Below the pieces are notes generated by a model, which worked only from the letters and a program-made list of their open reading frames with translations, did not search any database and was not told the origin of the DNA. Below, piece by piece: positions 28,372 to 36,914 of a DNA stretch of 46,130 nt. How positions within the stretch are numbered: the stretch's first letter is position 1; each line of letters starts with the position of its first letter. The translations under genes and the position numbers were made by a program. Location: positions 1-46,130 of IMG/VR virus record IMGVR_UViG_3300009678_000075; one strand, written 5' to 3'. This DNA is from a virus. Its lineage: Duplodnaviria; Caudoviricetes.

Positions 28372-28679
28372 ACTTCACACCTGAACTGCCGACGGAGCCT
28401 GGAATGTACATGTGGAAAACCAAAGAGGGTGACAGCCCGATGTTTTTGGAGGTTGAAATCGGCGAAGAAGAGACCGAAGTGATTTTCCGCGGCTATGTGG
28501 ACCCCATCTCCAAATATCCAGGGCTCTGGTGCAAGCTCGAGCCAGCGAAGCCGAAGTGCGTGTGGAGGAAGGGGCACCACCTGTGGGTTTCTGGATGCGA
28601 AGGAACTACCGACTCTTACATCGAGAGACGACTGCCAAAGTTCTGTTACAACTGCGGTGGAGAAATAGCGGTCCAGTAA
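28368..28679 (+). CDS. Hypothetical protein with a C-terminal Zn ribbon; paralogue of 41118-41417
   Basis: MNFTPELPTEPGMYMWK...KPKCVWRK...KFCYNCGGEIAVQ. Confidence 0.7.
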   Translation: MNFTPELPTEPGMYMWKTKEGDSPMFLEVEIGEEETEVIFRGYVDPISKYPGLWCKLEPAKPKCVWRKGHHLWVSGCEGTTDSYIERRLPKFCYNCGGEIAVQ

Positions 28680-28913
28680 GCAAAACGGGCGAAGTGAATC
28701 CCGTTAAAGAAACACTCCGCCCGCCCCAGGAGCTGTGTCCGCTGCCCCGGCTCAACGCCGTCTCAGTAACTACAGCTTTGCTTGGGAAAGTAATGCAGCG
28801 CGATCAGGACGGCTATCCGGTAACCCGAAGGCTAGCGGGAACACAATCCCAGCCACGCTGCGAACGTCAACCTACCCACCGTCACTACTGTAGCCAATAC
28901 CTAAATTACCCCA

Positions 28914-29477
28914 TCACACTTCCACGAATACCGGCCGTGGCAGTACGAACCCGATGTTGTATCCGTCCCACACTTGTTCGGCCCCAATATCCTTCAGAAA
29001 CGACTTAACGAACATCCCTTTCCCGACGCCATCCTCTCGATTGTCGTCCACGAACACGGCGCTCCCTTCCCACAACATCCGACTTGCCGCGCACAGTTCC
29101 CCCAGGTGATGCACGGCGCTCGGTATCATGTTCGCCCAATCCCCGTCCATTGAGTCCAAGTACAAGAGATCCACCTTCACTCCCATCCCGCCCAACTCCC
29201 ACAACACTTTAATAGAATCCCCACAAATAACCCGAACTTCCGGACACGCTACCCGAGCTATCGCGCAGTGTTTTTCCTCAATATCTATCGAAATCATCCG
29301 TCCACCAATCTCACCAACAATATCTCTGAGCACCTTCGTACTCGCGCCATCCCCTTCCTCGTGGCCCCGGTAACACCCAGTCTCCACAACCACCACTTGC
29401 CGCCTAAATCCCCGCAATATCTCCCGCATCTTCTCAAAACCACCCGCCCGAATCTGGAGCCACGGATAACGATCCAC
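28914..29477 (-). CDS. Class I SAM-dependent methyltransferase (Methyltransf_24-like)
   Basis: VVETGCYRG...GAST, ISIDIE, GDSI, VDLLYLDS, VFVDDN...GKG. Confidence 0.85.
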   Translation of the reverse strand: MDRYPWLQIRAGGFEKMREILRGFRRQVVVVETGCYRGHEEGDGASTKVLRDIVGEIGGRMISIDIEEKHCAIARVACPEVRVICGDSIKVLWELGGMGVKVDLLYLDSMDGDWANMIPSAVHHLGELCAASRMLWEGSAVFVDDNREDGVGKGMFVKSFLKDIGAEQVWDGYNIGFVLPRPVFVEV

Positions 29478-29923
29478 CCACCTCCACTACCTCCAGCACC
29501 ACCTCAAAATCCACACAATTCCCCCAAGAACCCACCAAAACACCACGACAACCACAAGTCCGGCGGCTTTCATCCACCTACCACACCACACCCCTTTCCA
29601 ACACCGCAACCCCTCAATCTACCGGATAAAAGGGACCCATCTACCCCCGAAATTGTCCGTCCACCGGTTTCAGTACATCCCTAAGAATCTCCAAAAACTG
29701 CTCAACCGCTTCAGCCTGGCTACCAATCTCCTCGAAAAAGAACAACTTCTCACACATACCACTTCCCCTCCTTAATCACGTACGTGAACCCCCCATCCAC
29801 TCCATTCCCTGCCTCTAACCAAAATACCCACTCTAAACACCATCCCCTCCGGTTACCAGTCCACCGATACCCTTCCCACTCCTCCACACCAACTCTGACC
29901 AACTTATACACCATGGTTTGCTC

Positions 29924-30416
29924 CAACTCACCCATCTTGGAACGAATTTGTCCAGTGGCATAAAATGCCCCGATTATTTGCCACACCCCAAATTCAGGTA
30001 GCAGCTCCCCGATCTTGGAACGATTTTGTCCGGTACTCCACATAACAAGGTACTCCGATATATTCCTGAGAATATATCGCACCTATCTTCTCTAGAGCAC
30101 CAACCACTTACCAATCATCACCCCACTCCATCCTTGACGCCTAAATTGCCTCCCTACTAATACAAATCGCGAGTCCACGTAGTGGCGAGCGACTATCTCC
30201 GTGCCGTAGCTCTTAGCCTGCTCTGCGTAGGCACCTACCCCATCACTCTCCCGTAGCGATAGCGTAGGGCTTCGTGTTAGTGAGCCCAAAGGCGAACGAC
30301 CACCTCCCCAATTAACGGGTACCCTCCAAAAAACGACACCCCTCCCGTTTTCCCACGTACCCTCCCGAATCCAACGACCTCCCGAAATCGCCAGTACCCA
30401 CGAATTAACGGGTACC
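29924..30416. repeat. Direct repeats in the non-coding divergence region
   Basis: ATCTTGGAACGA(A/T)TTTGTCC(A/G)GT at 29934 and 30012; AATTAACGGGTACC at 30310 and 30403; several CCTCCC motifs. Confidence 0.7.
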
Positions 30417-30434
30417 TCACATTTCGGAGAGACG

Positions 30435-30755
30435 TTATATACCCTCCACGCCCGACTTTGCGGGTCCCACCCGCCTGACCCGTGGTGACGGTCTGGAAAT
30501 AAGGGATTCCTTTGGACCGAAAGGTTTATCGACGCCGAGCGCGAGACCGAGAGCGATGAAGGCGGCGCGAACGGACGGATCGAGCGACTGGTCGCGCTGA
30601 TGGCCGGCGACGTAACGGACGAGCGAGCCGAGGTCTCGACGGTCGAACAGCCCTCGCCTCGCCTCGTCTCGAACCGTCTCGACGTGACGGCCGACGAGCG
30701 CAGCCAAGTCGTGGGTCGAGAACTTGATCGTCGGTCGAGTCCGCTTCGTCGTCAT
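30435..30755 (-). CDS. Helix-turn-helix DNA-binding protein (MerR/excisionase-like)
   Basis: FSTHDLAALVGRHVETVRDEARRG pattern; a matching promoter lies directly upstream. Confidence 0.6.
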   Translation of the reverse strand: MTTKRTRPTIKFSTHDLAALVGRHVETVRDEARRGLFDRRDLGSLVRYVAGHQRDQSLDPSVRAAFIALGLALGVDKPFGPKESLISRPSPRVRRVGPAKSGVEGI

Positions 30756-30761
30756 GAGTGG

Positions 30762-30798
30762 ACGCTAACGGCTGCGTCACTCCCGCGTCAACGCAGCC
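30762..30798 (-). promoter_or_regulatory. Leaderless sigma70-type promoter with an overlapping operator
   Basis: TTGACG (30791-30786), 18-bp spacer, TAGCGT (30767-30762), then ATG 6 nt later. Inverted repeat GGCTGCGT (30770-30777) / ACGCAGCC (30791-30798). Confidence 0.55.
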
Positions 30799-31090
30799 CG
30801 ACACCTCGACCCGCTTCGACCACTCGACCCGAAGCGCCAGCGCCTCGACCCGCCGAGCGGCGCGGACGTGAGGCGAAAGAACGGACGAGGGATCGAGGTG
30901 GATCGAGTGGTGGCTGGACGATGGGCGGATCGAGGCTGGATTGGCTGAGGATGGAATGATGAGTGAGTTACTTAGGATAGTAAGGTTGGGAGAGGAGGGA
31001 GGGCATTAGTTAGTGGCTGATAGCGATGGGGACGTTGACGGCAGGCCTGTGAGTGTGGGATTGATTGTTCCTGATTTGTGAACAAGGTAT

Positions 31091-31119
31091 TTGACACTAG
31101 ACGATTGATTGGCTACAAG
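31091..31119 (+). promoter_or_regulatory. Putative early sigma70 promoter
   Basis: TTGACA, 17-bp spacer, TACAAG, immediately before the first plus-strand early ORF (probably leaderless). Confidence 0.55.
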
Positions 31120-31121
31120 TA

Positions 31122-31349
31122 ATGGGCATGAATAATACTGAAGAGAATCGAGCGGAGGTAAGGCGGATGCTTGAGGAGGCGAAGCGTCTTGGGGTGATGA
31201 TGGCTGAGGACAAGGTGAGGCTGGCCAAGCTTGGGCGGGAGATAGCGGAGTTGAAGGCGTGGGCGGCGACGGTACCGAGTGCGGAGGCGATTAGGGCGGA
31301 GGCGCAGAGGCGGAGTGATGCGGCGTGGGAGGCGAGGTTTGGGGTTTGA
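31122..31349 (+). CDS. Early hypothetical protein
   Basis: 75 aa helical ORF (start 31122 or 31128) downstream of the promoter. Confidence 0.6.
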   Translation: MGMNNTEENRAEVRRMLEEAKRLGVMMAEDKVRLAKLGREIAELKAWAATVPSAEAIRAEAQRRSDAAWEARFGV

Positions 31350-31426
31350 CGGTTCACGCGAGCGGCTCTCGGTGAGGGCCGTTCAGGTGGACTGCCGATC
31401 AAGGCGGGACTGAACAGAGGACACTA
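31347..31426 (+). promoter_or_regulatory. Intergenic RNA hairpin element, copy 1
   Basis: Long stem CGGTTCAC-GAGCGGCTCTC[GGT]GAGGGCCGTTC-GTGGACTG with G-U pairs; alternative stem GTTCAG...CTGAAC. Confidence 0.65.
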
Positions 31427-31603
31427 ATGAACACTGAAGAGACGACGTTGCTGCAAGCGTATGTTGATGCTGCGCGAGAGTGGCGGCTTAATCCGACTGA
31501 GGATACTGACTGGGCTACGCGGGTAGCGTATGCGAAGTGGGTAGACTATTGGGGCGGGCCGGTACAACGGCCGATCACCTCGACTGAGGAGCGTGGATCA
31601 TGA
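31427..31603 (+). CDS. Early hypothetical protein (58 aa)
   Basis: MNTEETTLLQAYVDAAREW...; below the ORF-track cutoff; ATGA overlap with the next gene. Confidence 0.55.
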   Translation: MNTEETTLLQAYVDAAREWRLNPTEDTDWATRVAYAKWVDYWGGPVQRPITSTEERGS

Positions 31604-31827
31604 AATTCCTTGTGCGGGTGTATCACGTTCGCGGGCCGATAGTGGCGGCGGGCGAGGTGCGTGGAGGAGTTGCTAAGGTTCGGCCGGAGACTCAAACGGA
31701 TCTTGTGTGGCAGGGGGAGAGTCGCAAGGCGATTGAGCTTACGGCCATTGAACTGGCTCACGATCAATCGAGCCACCTGGACGCGATAGCGGCTTGTTCG
31801 CATTACTTTGTTTGCCGGATTGATTGA
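31600..31827 (+). CDS. Early hypothetical protein
   Basis: 75 aa; translationally coupled start. Confidence 0.5.
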   Translation: MKFLVRVYHVRGPIVAAGEVRGGVAKVRPETQTDLVWQGESRKAIELTAIELAHDQSSHLDAIAACSHYFVCRID

Positions 31828-31904
31828 GCGGCTCAGTTGATTCCCTCCGTGATGCGGGGGGAATTACTTGAGTCTCTGAACAGAGGAGATTCAGCAAAAC
31901 ACCT
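31825..31904 (+). promoter_or_regulatory. Intergenic RNA hairpin element, copy 2
   Basis: GGCTCAG-TGATTCCCTCCGT[GAT]GCGGGGGGAATTA-TTGAGTC; alternative stem TGAGTCTC...GAGATTCA. Confidence 0.7.
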
Positions 31905-32414
31905 ATGTACAAAAACACGATGGAACAAGCGGCTCGGTTGCTAACTGGGCGCAATGGGCGGATACAAACGCCTGAAGAGGAGCGGTTCGAACAGCTTCTT
32001 GAGTATGGGCAGTGGGGAAAGGTCCAGCACAAGGAAGAGTTAGCACCTGGCTTTTGGATCGTCTCGACGCCGAGCCACGGGGGAATGGTTATCTGCCCGG
32101 CTCTGAATGCGTTGATACCGGCAGAGGCGAAAGCCTTGGCCAATTATTCGCAAGCGAGCGATGGGCAGTACGAAGAGGATTGCGATTGGGCGATTCCCTT
32201 TTGGTTCCTGGAATCGTACCTACGGGAGTTTGGGAATGCTTCGGTCCAGCTAACGCTACGCGATGGGATTGTAGGGCGGACGCTGAATTGCCCACGCTAC
32301 TTCAAGGGCGTGTTTGAGATTCCACGCAGGGCGCATACGGATGCACCTGTACCGGCCTCGACTGAGGCTTTCTTCGAGGAATTGAAACGCACCTACGGAG
32401 AGGATTGCCAGTGA
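31905..32414 (+). CDS. DUF7007-like protein
   Basis: WGKVQH...LAPGFWIVSTPSHGG...YEEDCDWAI signature. Confidence 0.75.
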   Translation: MYKNTMEQAARLLTGRNGRIQTPEEERFEQLLEYGQWGKVQHKEELAPGFWIVSTPSHGGMVICPALNALIPAEAKALANYSQASDGQYEEDCDWAIPFWFLESYLREFGNASVQLTLRDGIVGRTLNCPRYFKGVFEIPRRAHTDAPVPASTEAFFEELKRTYGEDCQ

Positions 32415-32632
32415 GCGCGAACTATTGGGCCGAATGGCAACGGGAATCAGCCAATCGCAAGGCTACGGATGTCGAGATTCGACGGTATCGGGTAAAGGTC
32501 CACAAATACGGGTATCCAAAAGGGCTAGTTAGCACGGGGGAATGCGAAGCGGAGAGCTTGCTTCACCTCGCCATAAAGCTGGATGACGCTGGATGGGACA
32601 TCTTGTCGATCATTGAGAAAGACGAGCGATGA
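32411..32632 (+). CDS. Early hypothetical protein
   Basis: GTG start overlapping the upstream TGA; about 73 aa. Confidence 0.5.
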   Translation: MSANYWAEWQRESANRKATDVEIRRYRVKVHKYGYPKGLVSTGECEAESLLHLAIKLDDAGWDILSIIEKDER

Positions 32633-32775
32633 ACACGCTGGCGCTTCTCCTCTTGGCTATCCCGCTAATTGCGCTGGTTGTCATCGCGATTGAATCCCGC
32701 CGCAAGGTGCGGAATCCGTTTCGCGAGTGGCTAGAGTACCTCGCCTGCATGCATGGCGATGAATACGAAGACTGA
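32629..32775 (+). CDS. Small single-pass membrane protein (48 aa)
   Basis: MNTLALLLLAIPLIALVVIAIESRRK; ATGA overlap. Confidence 0.55.
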   Translation: MNTLALLLLAIPLIALVVIAIESRRKVRNPFREWLEYLACMHGDEYED

Positions 32776-32846
32776 GCTTTCCCTACGCTGGCTTGCGATG
32801 CGAGCCAGTTAGGGAGCGTTTAGGAACGCTTCAGAACAAAGACATC
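32773..32846 (+). promoter_or_regulatory. Intergenic RNA hairpin element, copy 3
   Basis: TTCCCTA-GCTGGCTTGC[GAT]GCGAGCCAGT-TAGGGAG; alternative stem GGAGCGTT[TAGG]AACGCTTC. Confidence 0.7.
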
Positions 32847-33188
32847 ATGCAAACACTAACTAAAGAGCAACTAGAGAAGAGTGGTGAACACTTGGATTCG
32901 CTTGTGCCAATGTGGACCAAGCTATTGATCGAACTAAAGGCCGGTATCGGAGAAGACTACCGGGCTTACGATGGCGATGAGACGCCCGGAATGCAGGTTA
33001 CGTTCGGCTTTACGCCGGAGAGTGAGGAGAAGGATTTTAGTTGGAGTTATCAAACCGGGGACAATAGCTACACTGGTGGAGCATACAGCCATCGCTATTG
33101 GGGCGTCGTTAGCCTGTACAGGCGGAGTAAATCGCGAGACATCGCCGAGGACGCCGCTAACCAGATTGCCGATCAATTACACTCCTAA
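32847..33188 (+). CDS. Early hypothetical protein (113 aa)
   Basis: ATG after an A-rich leader; WSYQTGDNSYTGGAY motif. Confidence 0.65.
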   Translation: MQTLTKEQLEKSGEHLDSLVPMWTKLLIELKAGIGEDYRAYDGDETPGMQVTFGFTPESEEKDFSWSYQTGDNSYTGGAYSHRYWGVVSLYRRSKSRDIAEDAANQIADQLHS

Positions 33189-33191
33189 CTT

Positions 33192-33428
33192 ATGTACTCT
33201 GACACCGATAAAGAGCCAACGGAATCGGAATGGCTAACCTACGTTGAAGCCAGCATAAAAGAGAAAGGCATCAAACATAAGCCTAACGTCTCTCGCGAGC
33301 GGCAGGCGTGGATCGAGTACAATCGGAGATTGGAAAGAGAACACGCCGCTCACTACGAACACGAACTAGCCGTCAAAGAAACGGCCTTGGCCTACTCGGC
33401 TTGGTTGAAAGCGCAAATGGGCCTTTGA
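33192..33428 (+). CDS. Early hypothetical protein
   Basis: 78 aa, closely packed with its neighbours. Confidence 0.55.
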   Translation: MYSDTDKEPTESEWLTYVEASIKEKGIKHKPNVSRERQAWIEYNRRLEREHAAHYEHELAVKETALAYSAWLKAQMGL

Positions 33429-33437
33429 AAGACTACC

Positions 33438-33953
33438 ATGAGAACAGACAATCTAACAGAAGTCGGCAAACACGCCTTCGAACTCGCCGGGCTTGGAAAA
33501 GCTCCATTCAGGTTCGTTGGCGAGAATAAGAATCTTATAACCTACCCGGACGGGTCCACGCAACCAGGTGGCTCATGCGACTATTGCGGCACGGGTATCT
33601 GTTACGAATGCATTATCAAATCCAGCGATGGGAAGCTAAGCAAGGTAGGTTGCGATTGCATTCGCAAGGTTGGCGATGCGGGAGTTCTAAGGGCTTACCG
33701 TACTAGCCCTGAATTCCGCGCCAGGGCTAAAGCGAAACGAGACGAAAAGGACACAAGCGTTAGCTTGGAACTCACGGCGCTTGTGGAAGCTCAAAAGACC
33801 AAGCTCGCCGCAATGGCTCACCCTTACGGCTATTCGGATCGGCAGACGGGCAAACCTCTGACGTTCCTAGACTGGGCGACGTGGATGCGGGATAGGTGCG
33901 GCGCAGCGGGCCGAGCCAATCTCCTGAAGAACCTGAAGAAAGCTATCGGTTGA
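33438..33953 (+). CDS. Zinc-binding hypothetical protein
   Basis: GSCDYCGTGI...VGCDCIRK. Confidence 0.65.
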   Translation: MRTDNLTEVGKHAFELAGLGKAPFRFVGENKNLITYPDGSTQPGGSCDYCGTGICYECIIKSSDGKLSKVGCDCIRKVGDAGVLRAYRTSPEFRARAKAKRDEKDTSVSLELTALVEAQKTKLAAMAHPYGYSDRQTGKPLTFLDWATWMRDRCGAAGRANLLKNLKKAIG

Positions 33954-34026
33954 CGGTTCAATACGGCTATCCGCGATGCGGGTAGCCTATTGGTCCGTTA
34001 ATTGTGACGGCCAAAACAACACAAAC
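33951..34026 (+). promoter_or_regulatory. Intergenic RNA hairpin element, copy 4
   Basis: TGACGG-CAATA-GGCTATCCGC[GAT]GCGGGTAGCC-TATTG-CCGTTA; alternative stem CCGTTA[ATTG]TGACGG. Confidence 0.7.
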
Positions 34027-34584
34027 ATGAGTTACAGAGATCCAATACTATCAAGCGACAGCAACGCAGTGGAACGCCTCGAAGCAGAACTGAAGCACCT
34101 GGAAACACTTCAGGAGAGGATGAAGGCCGCGAACAAGGCCATCCGCGCCACCTCCAAACTAGGTCAAGATGAAAGAGTGGCTGCCTTGGTGGCTACTGGC
34201 TTGACTGAAGATCAAGCGAAGTCACTTCTAACGCCCGACTTCGTGGGTCGAATCGGGTTTCCTGATTACAAGCTCACAAATAATGGCGCGAACATCCGCC
34301 GGATCAAAGAGCGCATCGAAACCGTTAGGAACGTCCAAGCAGAGCCAACCACGGAATTCGAGGGCGAACACGCAAGGTTCGAAGACAATCCCCAAGACAA
34401 TCGGGTGCGGCTACACTTCAAAGGTAAGCCAGCCGAAGACATTCGCACCAAGATGAAGTCTTCTGGCTTCCGTTGGACGCCTTCAATGGAGTGCTGGCAG
34501 GCGTATAGGAACTGGAGAAGCATCGAACTAGCGAAGGAACTCGCCGGCCCCATTTCCGCGCGTTCCGTGGAGGTAGAAGCATGA
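34027..34584 (+). CDS. Protein matching the C-terminal region of DUF3560-type proteins (185 aa)
   Basis: QERMKAANKAIR, GRIGFPDYKLTNNGANIRRIKERI, NRVRLHFKGKP...GFRWTPSMECWQ. Confidence 0.7.
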   Translation: MSYRDPILSSDSNAVERLEAELKHLETLQERMKAANKAIRATSKLGQDERVAALVATGLTEDQAKSLLTPDFVGRIGFPDYKLTNNGANIRRIKERIETVRNVQAEPTTEFEGEHARFEDNPQDNRVRLHFKGKPAEDIRTKMKSSGFRWTPSMECWQAYRNWRSIELAKELAGPISARSVEVEA

Positions 34585-34892
34585 ACGCCACGGCTGCCTT
34601 GGAGGCTTCGCTGATGGAGGAGCGCAAAGCCCTTAACGCTCGCTACGCAAGCGCGGAATGGGAAAGCGATGTCGAAGCAATCGACCAGCTACTAGAGGAG
34701 AACTCCGACAAGCTTGACGCACTGAAAGCGCCTACAGACTACAAGGCACTTTGCGATGCCATTCACGCGGTACTAGACCGTAACGAATGGAATTCTGATT
34801 CTACGGAGCAAATCGCGGACTTGCTGCGCGACGCTGGCTACGTGCTTCGGGATGTACAGGAGGAACCATGCGATACAATCCCGACCGCCTAA
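34581..34892 (+). CDS. Early hypothetical protein
   Basis: 103 aa, acidic and helical; ATGA overlap. Confidence 0.6.
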   Translation: MNATAALEASLMEERKALNARYASAEWESDVEAIDQLLEENSDKLDALKAPTDYKALCDAIHAVLDRNEWNSDSTEQIADLLRDAGYVLRDVQEEPCDTIPTA

Positions 34893-35155
34893 CGGAAGCC
34901 GAGCGAATCGGCTACGCAATCGAACTGCGCGACTTGCAGAGAAAGACACAAGAGACCATGAAAAACAAATACCTACGCTACAAACTACTCTCGAACGAAT
35001 TCACAGGAATGAAGAAAGAGTTCTCAACCAAACGCGAAGCAATCGAAGCGGCCAAGTGGCAAGTTAGTAGTGGCTGGAATGCAAGCGTTGTGGACATGCG
35101 ATCCGGCGCAACTATCTGGTCGGTTATCGAGACCAAAGCCGAGATAGCCATTTGA
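34868..35155 (+). CDS. Early hypothetical protein (start may be 34958)
   Basis: KEFSTKREAIEAAK motif; followed by a terminator. Confidence 0.55.
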   Translation: MRYNPDRLTEAERIGYAIELRDLQRKTQETMKNKYLRYKLLSNEFTGMKKEFSTKREAIEAAKWQVSSGWNASVVDMRSGATIWSVIETKAEIAI

Positions 35156-35173
35156 ACCAACAACGACCCAAGC

Positions 35174-35212
35174 AGAGCGCCGGTTCCAGGGCGGAGCCGG
35201 CGCTTTTTCTTT
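35174..35212 (+). terminator. Intrinsic terminator of the early operon
   Basis: AGCGCCGGTTCC-loop-GGAGCCGGCGCT followed by TTTTCTTT. Confidence 0.8.
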
Positions 35213-35291
35213 CCTACCAGGACAAACTAGGGCGTGGTAGCCGCCTCGGAGTCTTCGCGGAACTCGGGAGCGTTAGCGTGCCGCGGATCTG

Positions 35292-35327
35292 AAAAGCAAA
35301 GAGCCCCGGCATGCGAAACCGGGGCTC
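35292..35327 (-). terminator. Intrinsic terminator for the minus-strand VPDSG-CTERM gene pair
   Basis: Minus strand GAGCCCCGG-loop-CCGGGGCTC followed by TTTGCTTTT. Confidence 0.7.
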
Positions 35328-35441
35328 AGTATGCTGAACAGAGAACAGTAACAAAACCGCAAAACAACCTACTTCAAACACCTAGACACCAACAACACCT
35401 AACGAGGACACCTTGCGGCCGTGGACCAGCCGCGTCAAGCC

Positions 35442-35936
35442 TTAGGGCGCTGGCTTATCCTCGTGGATCAACTGCGCTCGATAAACAAACGTGGTGTCGC
35501 TCACCGTACAGAGCTGTGCGCCGTCCCAAGACCACGTAGGCGGCTGGATGTTCAACAGGACAGCAAAGGTCCGAACATGCTCGCCAAGAGTCAACGAGGT
35601 GGTTCCCCTGGCTTTGAAAGCACCTTGCTGCGTGTAAGGGTTCGCGCCATCAGCAGGGAACCCACCGCAAAGGAAGTAATCGTTGTACTGCTCGATTGTG
35701 TGGCTCGCCCAAGGGTCGATGTAGGGCGGTGCGGCCCGATCCACGTAGGTGACGTAGGCTTCGAACTGAATCGTATCCTCGGGCAAAGGCTGTCTTACCC
35801 TCGCAGTTAGGGCGAAAACCCCTGTCGGCGTGGTAAAACTGGAGGAATTGCCGGCCGTCCAAAAGGAGAAGCCGGGGATAACGCCAACGATGGGAGCCGA
35901 CAACACGTCGAGCTGAAGATCGTCGAAGAAGGCCAT
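35442..35936 (-). CDS. Paralogue of the upstream VPDSG-CTERM protein, lacking signal peptide and anchor (164 aa)
   Basis: Starts MAFFDD. Shares FSFW, TPxGxF, LPEDTIQFE, GGFPxDGxNPYxQ, WxWDxAQ and YxAQLI with 35941-36597. Confidence 0.75.
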   Translation of the reverse strand: MAFFDDLQLDVLSAPIVGVIPGFSFWTAGNSSSFTTPTGVFALTARVRQPLPEDTIQFEAYVTYVDRAAPPYIDPWASHTIEQYNDYFLCGGFPADGANPYTQQGAFKARGTTSLTLGEHVRTFAVLLNIQPPTWSWDGAQLCTVSDTTFVYRAQLIHEDKPAP

Positions 35937-35940
35937 AGGC

Positions 35941-36597
35941 TTAACGACGAACGACAGCCAGCCCAAGCAATCCAAAGCCGAGCAACACCAGGCTACCGCC
36001 GCCATCCGGCACCGCATTGGGGTTGCCTTGCTCGAAGATAAGCTGAGCCGTGTATTCCCAATTTACTCCAGAAACGGTGACCTGCTGCGCTTCGTCCCAT
36101 TCCCAAGTCAGATCCGAGAGTTCGATTTTAATGGCCCAGACTCGAACCCAAGGCCCAAAGGTAAGAGCCGTCCAACCGCTCGCTTCAATGGTCCCGTCTT
36201 GAACGTATGGGTTCTGGCCGTCGATGGGAAACCCGCCCGTGCCGAAGGCATCATCCCAAAAGGTTTGTTCGGCAGTCTCCCAAGGGGTCGGAACGGGAAG
36301 GATGTTCGGGTCGGAGATGTAGTATTCGAACTGGATCGTGTCCTCGGGGAGAGTCTGAAACACCGAGGCAGTGAAGCTGAAGATACCGCTCGGGGTAACG
36401 AAGGGAGCACTGTGACCCGTGCTCCAGAAGCTAAAAGCAGGAAGTGTCCCGCCAGTCTGATAAAAGGATTCCTCGTCAAACAAGCCAGCGTTGGCCGTAG
36501 GCGAGCCGAGAATGGCAACCCCTGCCAAGATGGTGGTCAATCCAACAGGATGCGTCCTGGAGGCGTTTAGAGCGATGGTGGTGAGTGTGTTTTTCAT
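35941..36597 (-). CDS. VPDSG-CTERM (PEP-CTERM-like) exosortase-sorted surface protein (218 aa)
   Basis: N-terminal signal ending PTANA; C-terminus NAVPDGGGSLVLLGFGLLGLAVVRR. Confidence 0.85.
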   Translation of the reverse strand: MKNTLTTIALNASRTHPVGLTTILAGVAILGSPTANAGLFDEESFYQTGGTLPAFSFWSTGHSAPFVTPSGIFSFTASVFQTLPEDTIQFEYYISDPNILPVPTPWETAEQTFWDDAFGTGGFPIDGQNPYVQDGTIEASGWTALTFGPWVRVWAIKIELSDLTWEWDEAQQVTVSGVNWEYTAQLIFEQGNPNAVPDGGGSLVLLGFGLLGLAVVRR

Positions 36598-36662
36598 GGT
36601 GTTTTGTTGTTCGGTCCAAACAATCAGTTGCTTTATCTCATCTGTCCAATTATTTTGTGCAC

Positions 36663-36914
36663 ATGGGAGACACAATTAATCCAATAAAGAAGACTGGGCG
36701 GCCGTTCGGTTCGATCACAGCGCCACCTTTCACGAAGGTCAATGTGGCGGATTCCATTTTGGACACTGTACGGAAGATGAACCTCGAAGCCAGGCACCAA
36801 TTCAAGCTGGAACTGCTGGAGAAGAAGCGGCTCGCGAAGCTGGCGGGTAAGAAAACCAAGCCAAAACCCAAGACCTTGGTCGAAGTATTCGCGGCGGAAG
36901 AGGTGAAGCCATGA
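36663..36914 (+). CDS. Basic putative DNA-binding protein (83 aa)
   Basis: AT-hook-like KKTGRPFGS and a Lys-rich C-terminus; divergent from the VPDSG gene. Confidence 0.55.
   Translation: MGDTINPIKKTGRPFGSITAPPFTKVNVADSILDTVRKMNLEARHQFKLELLEKKRLAKLAGKKTKPKPKTLVEVFAAEEVKP

Noticed and set aside
29750-30289. ORFs 29750..30082 and 30092..30289
   Set aside because: They have weak starts and no motifs, and they overlap DNA repeats in a strongly skewed region. They cannot be supported as genes, though they are not excluded.
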